The notes below the pieces were generated by a model. That model was not told the origin of the DNA, searched no databases, and worked only from the letters and a program-made list of their open reading frames with translations. A DNA stretch of 60,546 bases from a virus (taxonomy: Duplodnaviria; Caudoviricetes), in the IMG/VR virus record IMGVR_UViG_3300028024_000009, positions 1-60,546 of that record. The stretch is one strand, 5' to 3'. Positions 17,526 through 26,065 of this stretch are shown here, in pieces. Both the position numbers and the translations under genes were made by a program. Every line of letters starts with the position of its first letter. Within the stretch, counting starts at the first letter, position 1.

Positions 17526-18155
17526 ATGTCAAATGTCTTCGCGCCTTTCGGCCTCAGGCCTGCGCTCCATATCTCGGGAATCGTCCGCCCGTGGTCTGGA
17601 ACAATCGTTTCTGGACTGGCTCAGAACATCTACCAGAATGCTCCGGTCATCATCAGCAACGCTGCTGGTGCGGGTTCCGGGTGTCTCGAGGTGGCCCCGG
17701 CGGCCGGTCGGGCCATCGGCACCTTCCAGGGTGTCGAGTATACCCTGACGGCCACGGGACGGCGCACCGTCGCGAACTGGTGGGCTTCCGGCATCGTAGC
17801 CACGGACATCGTCGCCTACTACACTCGGGACGCCTGGGTTACGTACGAGATCCAGGCCAACGGTCCAATCAACCAGGTCGACGTGGGAAACCAGGCAAAC
17901 TGGACTCTCAACGACGGCTCGGCTGGTACGGGGAACCAGGTCACTGGACTCTCTACGGTCGCGCTCGATACGGCAACCCTCGTTTCCGGCTCCGGAGGTG
18001 CCGGCGACGTGAAGGGACTCCGCATCATCGGCTTTTCGCCGTACATCGGGAATGGCCCAGCCAATCTCGATCCAGCGAACGAGCTGTTCACCATCGTTCT
18101 GGTTGAGATCTCTCAGCATCAGAACGTGGCGAATCAGCAGGCCTACGGCGGTTAA
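17526..18155 (+). CDS. Capsid decoration/cement protein (probable)
   Basis: 'APFGLRP', 'G.F.GVEY', 'YEIQA' and 'TGLS', immediately before the MCP, with a strong GAGGAG RBS. Confidence 0.7.
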   Translation: MSNVFAPFGLRPALHISGIVRPWSGTIVSGLAQNIYQNAPVIISNAAGAGSGCLEVAPAAGRAIGTFQGVEYTLTATGRRTVANWWASGIVATDIVAYYTRDAWVTYEIQANGPINQVDVGNQANWTLNDGSAGTGNQVTGLSTVALDTATLVSGSGGAGDVKGLRIIGFSPYIGNGPANLDPANELFTIVLVEISQHQNVANQQAYGG

Positions 18156-18178
18156 CGAGAGTCTGAAGGAGAAAAGAA

Positions 18179-19108
18179 ATGGCAGTTCCCATGCGGAGTA
18201 CAGACTTTCGTTCAATCGTCGAACCGATCATGAACGAGAGCTTCGACGGCATCTGGACCCAGAGGGCCGACGAATACAAGATGATCTTCACGGTGCGCCC
18301 GGGCACCCCACGCAACTACCACGAAGAGCCGGTTCTCTTCGGGTTCGGCGCGGCCCCGGCACTGCCGGACGGCCAGCCGGTCACCTACCAGTCGGGCGGT
18401 GTGATCTACATCGCGCGATACGTTTATCAGGTCTTCGGTCTGGCGTTCGCGCTGACCAAGGTCCTGGTCGAGGACGGTGATCACATCTCGATTGGTACCA
18501 CGTACGCAGAACACCTCGCGATGTCTCTCATCGAGACGAAGGAGCTGATCTGCGCGAACATCATGAACCGCTCGTTCAATGCCGCGTATCGAGGCGGCGA
18601 CGGGCAGGCTCTGGTGTCCACGGCTCATCCGATCATCGCTCAGTCGGGTGGTCCGAGCACGTACAGCAACCAGCTGACAACGCCTGCGGCTCTGTCGCAG
18701 ACTTCCCTGGAGCAGATGTTGATCCAGATCCGCAACGCCTACGACGATACGGGACGGCGCATCCGCCTCGTGCCGAAGAAGATTGTGGCGGGACCGAGCA
18801 ACGTCTTCCAGGCCGAAGTGCTGCTGAAGAGCGTGCTGCGCACGGGAAGCGCTAACAACGACATCAACCCTGTGAAGTCAATGGGGATGCTGCCGGATGG
18901 TCAGGCGAATCTCTCGCGCATCACGAGCACCACGGCGTGGTGGATCCAAACGGACGCTCCTCGCGGTCTCCAGCTGCTGACGCGCCGGAAACTCGAGAAG
19001 AGCATGGAAGGTGACTTCGAAACCGACTCCATGCGCTACAAGGCGACCGAGCGCTACATCCCGGGCTGGACCAACGCACGTACGGTGTACGGTACTCCCG
19101 GTATCTAA
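18179..19108 (+). CDS. Major capsid protein (HK97 fold, Mu gpT-like)
   Basis: 309 aa; 'GDG.AL....HP', 'LS.TSLEQ', 'EGDFET..MRYKA.ERY..GW...R..YG'; strongly biased codons and AAGGAG RBS. Confidence 0.92.
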   Translation: MAVPMRSTDFRSIVEPIMNESFDGIWTQRADEYKMIFTVRPGTPRNYHEEPVLFGFGAAPALPDGQPVTYQSGGVIYIARYVYQVFGLAFALTKVLVEDGDHISIGTTYAEHLAMSLIETKELICANIMNRSFNAAYRGGDGQALVSTAHPIIAQSGGPSTYSNQLTTPAALSQTSLEQMLIQIRNAYDDTGRRIRLVPKKIVAGPSNVFQAEVLLKSVLRTGSANNDINPVKSMGMLPDGQANLSRITSTTAWWIQTDAPRGLQLLTRRKLEKSMEGDFETDSMRYKATERYIPGWTNARTVYGTPGI

Positions 19109-19109
19109 A

Positions 19110-19245
19110 GAGTTCGGGGGGTTCCCAACCGCGAGTCTCGGCCGGGCGTCGTAGACTTTCGGGAGGAGGGCCCCCCGACCTTCCAAGGCGAGATCCGGAG
19201 GTAAACGGGTCTCTAATCGATCCGTAGGCAATCGGATCATCCTTT
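19110..19245 (+). promoter_or_regulatory. Structured element downstream of MCP (possible Mu-gpT-DE-like RNA or attenuator)
   Basis: Stems TCGGGGGG/CCCCCCGA, GAGATCC/GGGTCTC and GATCCG/CGGATC in a 148-nt spacer. Confidence 0.45.
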
Positions 19246-19256
19246 AGGAGAATTCT

Positions 19257-19970
19257 ATGCCTCTTGCAGACCTGACGACGACTCGCTACCCGAACGGCGT
19301 GACCAATGTCAACGAAACCGTTCTCACCGCTTCCCTGAAGAAGATGGATCCTCTTCTCTTCCAGGATTTCCTGGACGACTTCGTCGACTTCGTTCCGACG
19401 GCGTGGACGGTCACTGAGACTCAGGCCGGTGCTACCCAGGCGACCAGCGCCGGTGCTGGTGGCCTCCTCTCCCTGGTCAACTCGGCGGCCGACAACGACG
19501 TCAACCAGATTCAGAAGGCGTTCGGTTCCTTTCTGCCGGTAGCGGGCAAGAAGACCTTCTGCCGCTGCCGCTTTCAACTCTCGGATGCGACTCAGTCGGA
19601 CTTTGCCATCGGTTTCGCGACGGTATCCGCCGACGCCACAGTCCTGGCGAACTCGCTGGACGGAATCTTCTTCCTCAAGGCCGACGATGCCGCAACGATC
19701 TCTCTCTACTCTCGAAAGGACAACGCGGCGGGTTCGATCAGCGTTGTGGTTGCGACGCTAGTCAACGCCACGATGATCGAGCTGGGTTTCTTCTACGACG
19801 GCGGGGATCGACTCTACTACGAGGTGAATGGAGCCGTTCAGGGTTACATCACAGTCTCGGCGGCGACGTTGCCGGACGCGGTTGGCGCCCCGGTCATCTC
19901 CCTGAAGAACGGCGATGCGAACGCGAGAACCGCTATCGTCGACTACCTCTGGATCGCCCAGGAGCGTTAA
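19257..19970 (+). CDS. Virion structural protein
   Basis: 'TRYPNGVTN' N-terminus, beta-rich, strong RBS, after the MCP. Confidence 0.7.
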   Translation: MPLADLTTTRYPNGVTNVNETVLTASLKKMDPLLFQDFLDDFVDFVPTAWTVTETQAGATQATSAGAGGLLSLVNSAADNDVNQIQKAFGSFLPVAGKKTFCRCRFQLSDATQSDFAIGFATVSADATVLANSLDGIFFLKADDAATISLYSRKDNAAGSISVVVATLVNATMIELGFFYDGGDRLYYEVNGAVQGYITVSAATLPDAVGAPVISLKNGDANARTAIVDYLWIAQER

Positions 19971-19973
19971 TCC

Positions 19974-20312
19974 ATGCGTCCGATCACACAGACGTTGTCG
20001 GATGCCAGCGGGGGCGCGAAAGCGACTCCCGTCATTCCTTTGGACATCTACCCCACCCCGTTCAACGTGTCTCTGCAAGCGAATGTCACGGGTGCAGCTA
20101 CGTTCACCGTGGAGTTCACCAATGACGATGTTTTCGCCGTGGGATACGATCCCAACGCGGGAACCTCCCTGTGGACTCCCATTACTGGGATGACGGCTGC
20201 CTCCGCCGACGCGAATGCCACCCTCATCTCGCCGGTGACGGCTGTTCGCATGCGATTGACCGCAGGAGCTGGGAGTGTAGTTCTGAGGATCACTCAATCG
20301 GGGATCCAGTGA
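19974..20312 (+). CDS. Virion structural protein
   Basis: Beta-rich small protein ending 'PVTAVR......G...L...Q.G'. Confidence 0.65.
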   Translation: MRPITQTLSDASGGAKATPVIPLDIYPTPFNVSLQANVTGAATFTVEFTNDDVFAVGYDPNAGTSLWTPITGMTAASADANATLISPVTAVRMRLTAGAGSVVLRITQSGIQ

Positions 20313-20848
20313 TGAAGAAGATACTCCTTTGTCTTCTTGGTCTCCTCTCGATTCCGATCGCTCTCTCCCAGACGGGGGGTGGGATCCAGGGAGGGATCAA
20401 CCTGACGACCGGTATCATTACCGGAAGTCTCGGAGTCGTGAATGGAGGGACGGGGCTTACTGCAGCAGCCGATGACAATCTACTAGTTGGAAATGGAACC
20501 GTATGGCAATCCAAGGCAGTTCCGGATTGCCAGGATACCTCAGGGAGCCATCTCAACTATACGGCCTCTACCAACGCCTTTTCCTGTGGGGTGAGCGGCT
20601 CGTTCAGCGGAACGAGCGTTTCCCTAGGGGGCGGGGCTCTTCTCGCGGGGGCCTGCGCATCGAACACGACGACCGTGACCGGGGCAACGACTTCTATGGC
20701 TGCTGTGGCAAGCCCGAATACCTACCCCGGCGATGGCTCTACGTGGTCGGCTCAAGTCACTTCGGCGAACACCGTAACCACTCGAGTCTGCGCTGTCGTA
20801 GCGCTCACTCCGACGGCTTCCACATACAACATTCGGGTCATCCGCTAG
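20312..20848 (+). CDS. Short fibre-like protein with N-terminal signal peptide
   Basis: MKKILLCLLGLLSIPIALS|Q, a 'LGVVNGGTG' fibre repeat, and a segment paralogous to the 23179 gene. Confidence 0.7.
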   Translation: MKKILLCLLGLLSIPIALSQTGGGIQGGINLTTGIITGSLGVVNGGTGLTAAADDNLLVGNGTVWQSKAVPDCQDTSGSHLNYTASTNAFSCGVSGSFSGTSVSLGGGALLAGACASNTTTVTGATTSMAAVASPNTYPGDGSTWSAQVTSANTVTTRVCAVVALTPTASTYNIRVIR

Positions 20849-20857
20849 GAGAATCCC

Positions 20858-21229
20858 ATGAAAGGCTTCAAGAACTCAACCCGGATGCGTTCGGGTTTCA
20901 CCTACCCAACCTCGGCGGGCTTTACCACTTCGACTGGCAAGGTGCAGAATATCTCATATTCTCGCAAGACTCCCCGTCGAGGGCCGGCCAAGTTCGCCGA
21001 GGGGGGGCAGATCGATTCATCGCTGCATTCCTTCAAAGGCGACAGTCAACTGAATGTCGAGCACGGGCCAAGCGGGGGGCTTCGACCGGGATTCACCAGA
21101 GGGGGTTATGCCGCCAAATATGCGAAGGGAGGCCAGATCCCTTCGGCAAAAGTTGCCGCTCGGGAAGCGGTCGCAAAGCATGTGGCGACCCCGGCTCCGA
21201 AAGGTCACAAAGGCCTGAAGAGTTGCTAA
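20858..21229 (+). CDS. Basic internal-protein-like with FAEGG/FTRGG/YAKGG motifs
   Basis: AGGAG RBS, K/R/G-rich. Confidence 0.7.
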   Translation: MKGFKNSTRMRSGFTYPTSAGFTTSTGKVQNISYSRKTPRRGPAKFAEGGQIDSSLHSFKGDSQLNVEHGPSGGLRPGFTRGGYAAKYAKGGQIPSAKVAAREAVAKHVATPAPKGHKGLKSC

Positions 21230-21336
21230 TCCGCCACAGCTAGCGTAGTATCCCGGGCTGGTAACGGTCCGGGATCTCTCCTTCACCTAAGCCGGCTGCA
21301 CAAAGTAGGCTGTCAACATGCTCCGAGAAGGCATCG

Positions 21337-22392
21337 ATGGCTACCAGCGGCACAATCTCTACAACGGTTTTCAAGACCCGTAAGGTCATCGATCACGCCT
21401 TCCGGCGTACCAAGCTCGCACCTCAACAGATTACGGCCGAGTATATCGAAACGGCCAACGATCTGTTGTACCTCTACCTGTCCACTCTCACGAGTAAGGG
21501 GATCGCGCTATGGTGCATCGAGAAGCAGATTCTGCCGATGTACGAGAATGTTCAGACAGTCCCGTGCCCGCGTGGCACTGTCGATATTCTGAATGCCAAT
21601 CTGAGAACTTCCAATCGATTCGGGGGCACTGCCTCAGCGAGCGAAGGAGATGCAGAGAATGCCTTCGACGGGGACATCGACACCGAGTGTGTTCAATCTG
21701 CACCAGCTGGATGGATCCAGCTTGCGCTAGATAGTGGGGCTCAAGCTTCGGTCTTTGGAATTCTGCCCGGAACGAGCGGTGAATGGGATTTCTCCATTCA
21801 GGGATCGACGGATGGCGTTACATGGACCGAGCTGTACACCGCGACCGCCCAAGCGATGGTCGACGGAGAATGGCTCTGGGTAGATATCGAGGGAGTGCTA
21901 GCCTACGCTTTCTATCGACTCAAGGCGAACAACACGACAGTGCTCGATGTGCGTGAGTTCTACTTCGGGAACTTACTCGATGAGATCCCCATCGCCAAGA
22001 TCAACCGGGACGACTACGCGAATCTTCCGAATAAGTTTTTCGCGGGACGACCGGTCCAGTTCTGGTATGACAAGCAGCGAACGACCCCCCTGATGACGCT
22101 TTGGCCGGCGCCCGAGGCTCAGTACACGTTCTCGCAGCTTGTGGTCTATCGACAGCGCTACGTCCAGGACGTTGGGACGATGACGCAGGAGCTGGATATC
22201 CCCCAGCGTTGGTACCTTGCAATCGTGATGGAACTCGCGTTGCAGCTCTGCAATGAGATCCCGGAGGTTGAACCCGGGCGGTGGGCGGAGCTGAAGCCCG
22301 AGGCGGATGAGAAACTGCGGGAGGCCTGGGACTCCGAGACGGACTCGTCTCCTTCATACATCCTCCCGAATATCTCCTGCTACACTAGGTAG
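21337..22392 (+). CDS. Head-tail adaptor/tail tubular protein with discoidin-like insertion
   Basis: 'MATSGT', 'NRDDY.NLPNK...GRP.Q.W.D', 'LWP.P', 'DIPQRW', and an inserted 'NAFDGD..T' domain. Confidence 0.75.
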   Translation: MATSGTISTTVFKTRKVIDHAFRRTKLAPQQITAEYIETANDLLYLYLSTLTSKGIALWCIEKQILPMYENVQTVPCPRGTVDILNANLRTSNRFGGTASASEGDAENAFDGDIDTECVQSAPAGWIQLALDSGAQASVFGILPGTSGEWDFSIQGSTDGVTWTELYTATAQAMVDGEWLWVDIEGVLAYAFYRLKANNTTVLDVREFYFGNLLDEIPIAKINRDDYANLPNKFFAGRPVQFWYDKQRTTPLMTLWPAPEAQYTFSQLVVYRQRYVQDVGTMTQELDIPQRWYLAIVMELALQLCNEIPEVEPGRWAELKPEADEKLREAWDSETDSSPSYILPNISCYTR

Positions 22393-22394
22393 CC

Positions 22395-22718
22395 ATGCCG
22401 ATCTACCTCGACACGCGCGGTCGATCCACCCTCGGGATCGGGATTTGTGCCCGGTGCTCTCGCAAGATGTCGCTTGAGGATCTCTATTCGGACCCGAACT
22501 CCCCAGGCCTGATGGTATGTAAAGATGACCTCGACCAACTCGACCCCTACAGATTGCCTGCTCGACAGACAGAGCGTATCAACCTTGATTTTGTCCGTCC
22601 AGACTTACCTCTTACGGGAGTGGGTCCTTCCACAAATCTGCTCAGCTATGATTGGGCAACTGAAGATGGACGGTTCTTCGGAACCGAAGACGGAAACTAC
22701 TTTCAGGTAGAACCATGA
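22395..22718 (+). CDS. Small Cys-containing virion protein
   Basis: 'ICARCS.K', 'GLMVC...LD..DPY.L' and 'RPD'. Confidence 0.65.
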   Translation: MPIYLDTRGRSTLGIGICARCSRKMSLEDLYSDPNSPGLMVCKDDLDQLDPYRLPARQTERINLDFVRPDLPLTGVGPSTNLLSYDWATEDGRFFGTEDGNYFQVEP

Positions 22719-23182
22719 CCATACCCGTTCCAGTCCCCGTAAGTCAGTTTCCGGATGCGACGATCCCTCTCACGGGGAGCGAGCTGGTTCCGCTCGTTCA
22801 GGGGGGGATTACGAAGAAGACGACCGCTTCGACCTTTGCGGTCTTCGCAACCCTGCTGCTTCCGGAAATCTTCAGAGCGATCCCGGCGGGCAACTCGAAC
22901 AATGTTAGCGCGAAGGGGGCTCTTCGGTTGTTCTTGGATACGGCTGCCGGGGATGCTACGGTCACGGGATTCTACCCCACGGATGATCCTCTGGTTCTAT
23001 GGCGGGATGGACAGATTCTGATCGTGGCCAACTCCGGGGGGGCGAATGCTCTGACCCTAGCGGTCGGGATCGGCTCGATCCCCGCGAACCAGATCTACGG
23101 AGTAACGGATATCACACTGCCCCCCCACGGTTCCCAGATGCTTGTTTATAGCGGTACTCTCCAAAAGCTGGTAATGGTATGA
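22715..23182 (+). CDS. Tail-fibre-associated protein
   Basis: 'SQFP.A..PLTGSELVPLVQGG.TKK' fibre-anchor-like N-terminus. Confidence 0.65.
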   Translation: MTIPVPVPVSQFPDATIPLTGSELVPLVQGGITKKTTASTFAVFATLLLPEIFRAIPAGNSNNVSAKGALRLFLDTAAGDATVTGFYPTDDPLVLWRDGQILIVANSGGANALTLAVGIGSIPANQIYGVTDITLPPHGSQMLVYSGTLQKLVMV

Positions 23183-24657
23183 ACATTCGAACCCAGATCA
23201 AGAACTTTCTCATCGGTCTTACAGTCGCGGCCAGTGGGGTCGCGGTTGCGGCAACGTTCAATCTTTTCTCGCCGGCGACCGGTGTCCTCAAGGGCAACGC
23301 GAGCACGTACGTCACGACGGCCGCGAACTCGGCGGATATCCGAGGCCTGTGGACTGGCTCGTGTGATATCACCAAATTCTTGCGCGGAGATGGAGCGTGC
23401 GCTCAAGTCTCGCTGACGACGAATGTCACGGGGATCTTGCCAGTTCCGAATGGGGGCACCGGAGCCGCGACCCTCACGGGACTGATGCAAGGGAACGGTG
23501 CGAGCCCGATCACGAGCGTTGCCCAGGTGTCGGGAGGTATTCCCTATTTCAATACGGTCTCGACGATGGCGAGTTCGGCCGCTCTGACCGCCAATGCCCT
23601 GATGCTCGGGGGCGGGGTCGGTTCGTCTCCTACCACCCTGGGATCTCTCGGAACCACGACGACGGTTCTGCACGGTAATGCGGCAGGCGCTCCGACATTC
23701 GGAGCCGTTGCTCTGACAACCGACGTCAGCGGAGTTCTGCCCGTTGCGAACGGTGGCACCAACCTGAATGTCTCGGCCGACGACAACGTGATGGTTGGCA
23801 ACGGCACGACGTGGCAATCCAAAGCTCTGCCGACGTGCACGGACACCGGCGGTAATCATCTCAATTACGACATCTCGACGAATACCTTTTCGTGCGGCAC
23901 ATCGGCGCCCGGGGGCTTGACCGGATTCGCGAATCCGACCGCCTCCGTGGGCCTTAGCGCCGTCAACGGCGTCGCGACGACCGCGATGCGCTCCGATGCG
24001 GCACCGGCACTTTCTCAGTCGATCGCCCCGACGTGGACGGGGATCCACACGTTCAGCGCCAACAATGCGGCTCCACTGACCGTAACGAACTCGTTCACGG
24101 GATCCTACACGGTCAACGTAACCAACACGAGTACCGTCAGCGGTGACACATCGCGGTATACCCTTGCTGCTGGCTCTACCGCGGTTGCGCTATTCGCTGC
24201 GAATCAAAACCAGGCCGCAGCGATTGTCACTGGGGGGCCTACCGGGCCGCAGTTCGTGTTGCGTACGTTGGGGGCCTCCACTCCCCTCGTGTTCGGTACC
24301 GCCAACACCGAGCGCATGCGGATCAGCGATACGGGAGTAACGATTGGCGGTGCGCCTGTTCCTACATGGAAATTCACTTGGGCAAAATTCGATACAGCGG
24401 GAGCCGCCTGCGTTGTGGTGGCTGGTACTGGGTCATCCAATGTGAGTTCATGCACCTATAGCGGCGTTGGTGCATATACCGTAAATTTTACGGCTAACTA
24501 TCCCTCCGCGCCCACCTGTACCGCTACTTCTGCTTCGGCAACGCGGTATATCACCGTGGGGTCATCGACCAGTCAGGCGATTCTAGCTCAAGCTATTTTT
24601 CCGGGGGGCGGTGCAGGCGACGGCATTTTCAGTCTCACCTGTATCGGCAACCCTTAA
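23179..24657 (+). CDS. Tail-fibre-like protein with signal-peptide-like N-terminus
   Basis: 'GILPVPNGGTG', 'GVLPVANGGT', 'FLRGDG', 'FGT.NTERMRI..TG', 'GVGAYTVNF...Y...P'; N-terminal '...LIGLTVAASGVAVA|A'. Confidence 0.8.
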   Translation: MNIRTQIKNFLIGLTVAASGVAVAATFNLFSPATGVLKGNASTYVTTAANSADIRGLWTGSCDITKFLRGDGACAQVSLTTNVTGILPVPNGGTGAATLTGLMQGNGASPITSVAQVSGGIPYFNTVSTMASSAALTANALMLGGGVGSSPTTLGSLGTTTTVLHGNAAGAPTFGAVALTTDVSGVLPVANGGTNLNVSADDNVMVGNGTTWQSKALPTCTDTGGNHLNYDISTNTFSCGTSAPGGLTGFANPTASVGLSAVNGVATTAMRSDAAPALSQSIAPTWTGIHTFSANNAAPLTVTNSFTGSYTVNVTNTSTVSGDTSRYTLAAGSTAVALFAANQNQAAAIVTGGPTGPQFVLRTLGASTPLVFGTANTERMRISDTGVTIGGAPVPTWKFTWAKFDTAGAACVVVAGTGSSNVSSCTYSGVGAYTVNFTANYPSAPTCTATSASATRYITVGSSTSQAILAQAIFPGGGAGDGIFSLTCIGNP

Positions 24658-24669
24658 AAGGAGATCGAG

Positions 24670-24873
24670 ATGCTGAACGAACATGGTACAAAGATCCTCG
24701 GTGTAGTCATCGCGCTACTCGGCTCGGTAATGCTGCTGACCCCCGAGCAGATCACGGCAATCATGGGGGAGCGAGGTCCGGGAATCATGACAGCGATTGC
24801 GGGACTCCTCACGGTGCTCCGAGGTTTCCAGAATTCCGGCAGTCTGCCGGGTGGTCCTAAGAAGGAGGAATGA
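24670..24873 (+). CDS. Holin-like two-TM protein
   Basis: Two hydrophobic helices, charged C-terminus, AAGGAG RBS. Confidence 0.6.
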   Translation: MLNEHGTKILGVVIALLGSVMLLTPEQITAIMGERGPGIMTAIAGLLTVLRGFQNSGSLPGGPKKEE

Positions 24874-25211
24874 TGAAAGCTCTACGGGTTGGACTCTTCG
24901 GAGTCATTTTCGTTCTGTTGGCGGCGTGCGCGAGTTCGCCACTGGCAGTCCCGACCACTTTTCAGGGGCGCGTCGACTATGCCGACAGCACCCTGACCGC
25001 CGTGGTTAACGCAACGACCGTCTCTCTTTCGGCCGGTCAGCTGTCGGTGAACGAGGCGAAGTCGGTCCGCGACATTGCGGAGCAGGCTCGAACGCTTCTG
25101 GACGCGGCACGAGCGGCTAGCGGCACTCCGGTCGGTGATCAGAACCTGACCTTGGCGATTGGAGTGCTGCAGAATATCCAAACATACCTGAACAAGAGGA
25201 ACCCCGGATGA
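24870..25211 (+). CDS. Lipoprotein (possible spanin-like lysis accessory)
   Basis: Lipobox 'LLAAC' after a hydrophobic signal. Confidence 0.7.
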   Translation: MMKALRVGLFGVIFVLLAACASSPLAVPTTFQGRVDYADSTLTAVVNATTVSLSAGQLSVNEAKSVRDIAEQARTLLDAARAASGTPVGDQNLTLAIGVLQNIQTYLNKRNPG

Positions 25212-25399
25212 AAGTCCAAGTAGCGCTGAATCTCGCAGTCGAGCTTCTCATCCAGGCTCAGAAGTTGTCCGCACTCGTTCATGCCGCGCAGATGAAGGGT
25301 AAAACCGATCTGACGGAAGAGGAGACGGCACAGCTCCTCTCGGATCGCGATGCCGCCTTCGACCGCCTGGACCAGGCGATCAAGAACGCGGAGGGGTAA
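25208..25399 (+). CDS. Small helical protein
   Basis: Coupled to the lipoprotein gene. Confidence 0.6.
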   Translation: MKVQVALNLAVELLIQAQKLSALVHAAQMKGKTDLTEEETAQLLSDRDAAFDRLDQAIKNAEG

Positions 25400-25404
25400 G
25401 TCCC

Positions 25405-26064
25405 ATGGCCGAGTCAATGACCTTTACGAGCCTCAAGGAAGACATGCGTCGTTATCTCGAGAGAGGTAATGCGGCGGACACGGAGGTGTTTGCGCAGATC
25501 CCCCGCTTGATCACGCTCGCCGAAAGGTCGTTGGCTCGCGCCATTAAGGTTCAGGGATTCATCGTCCCGTACATCACAACCCTGCAAGCGGGAGTATCCG
25601 TCTACGCGAAACCCGCTCGGTGGCGTGAGACGGTCTCGATGAACTACGGCGGCAATGCGGCATTCACGGACGCAGGTAACAACCGACGCCAGTTGTTCCC
25701 GCGTGTGCTCGAATATCTGCGAACTTACTGGCCGAACTCGGACGAGCGCGATGTCCCAGAATTCTTCGCCGATTACGATTACAACCACTGGCTGATTGCC
25801 CCGACACCGGTCGCAGCGTTCAACTGGGAAGTGGTTCTCTACCAGCTGCCACCCCTGTTGGGGGATGACAACGGGACGAACTGGCTGACTGACTACGCAC
25901 CGAACGCGTTGCTATACAGATGTCTTCTCGAGGCCTCTCCGTTCCTGAAGAACGACGAGCGCATTCAGACTTGGCAAAATCTTTACACCGCGGAGCTGGG
26001 GGCTTTGGACACCGAAGACCTCCAGAACATCGCCAACCGGGAGTCGGTAAGGACCGAGAACTAA
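25405..26064 (+). CDS. Tail adaptor protein
   Basis: 'IP..I.LAE..L.R', 'APTP', 'TNWL...AP..LLY..L.EA.PFLKNDERI..W'. Confidence 0.8.
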   Translation: MAESMTFTSLKEDMRRYLERGNAADTEVFAQIPRLITLAERSLARAIKVQGFIVPYITTLQAGVSVYAKPARWRETVSMNYGGNAAFTDAGNNRRQLFPRVLEYLRTYWPNSDERDVPEFFADYDYNHWLIAPTPVAAFNWEVVLYQLPPLLGDDNGTNWLTDYAPNALLYRCLLEASPFLKNDERIQTWQNLYTAELGALDTEDLQNIANRESVRTEN

Positions 26065-26065
26065 C

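Noticed and set aside
20423-23898. Diversity-generating retroelement TR/VR pair
   Set aside because: Both copies are coding, differences are not adenine-specific, and no reverse transcriptase is present.
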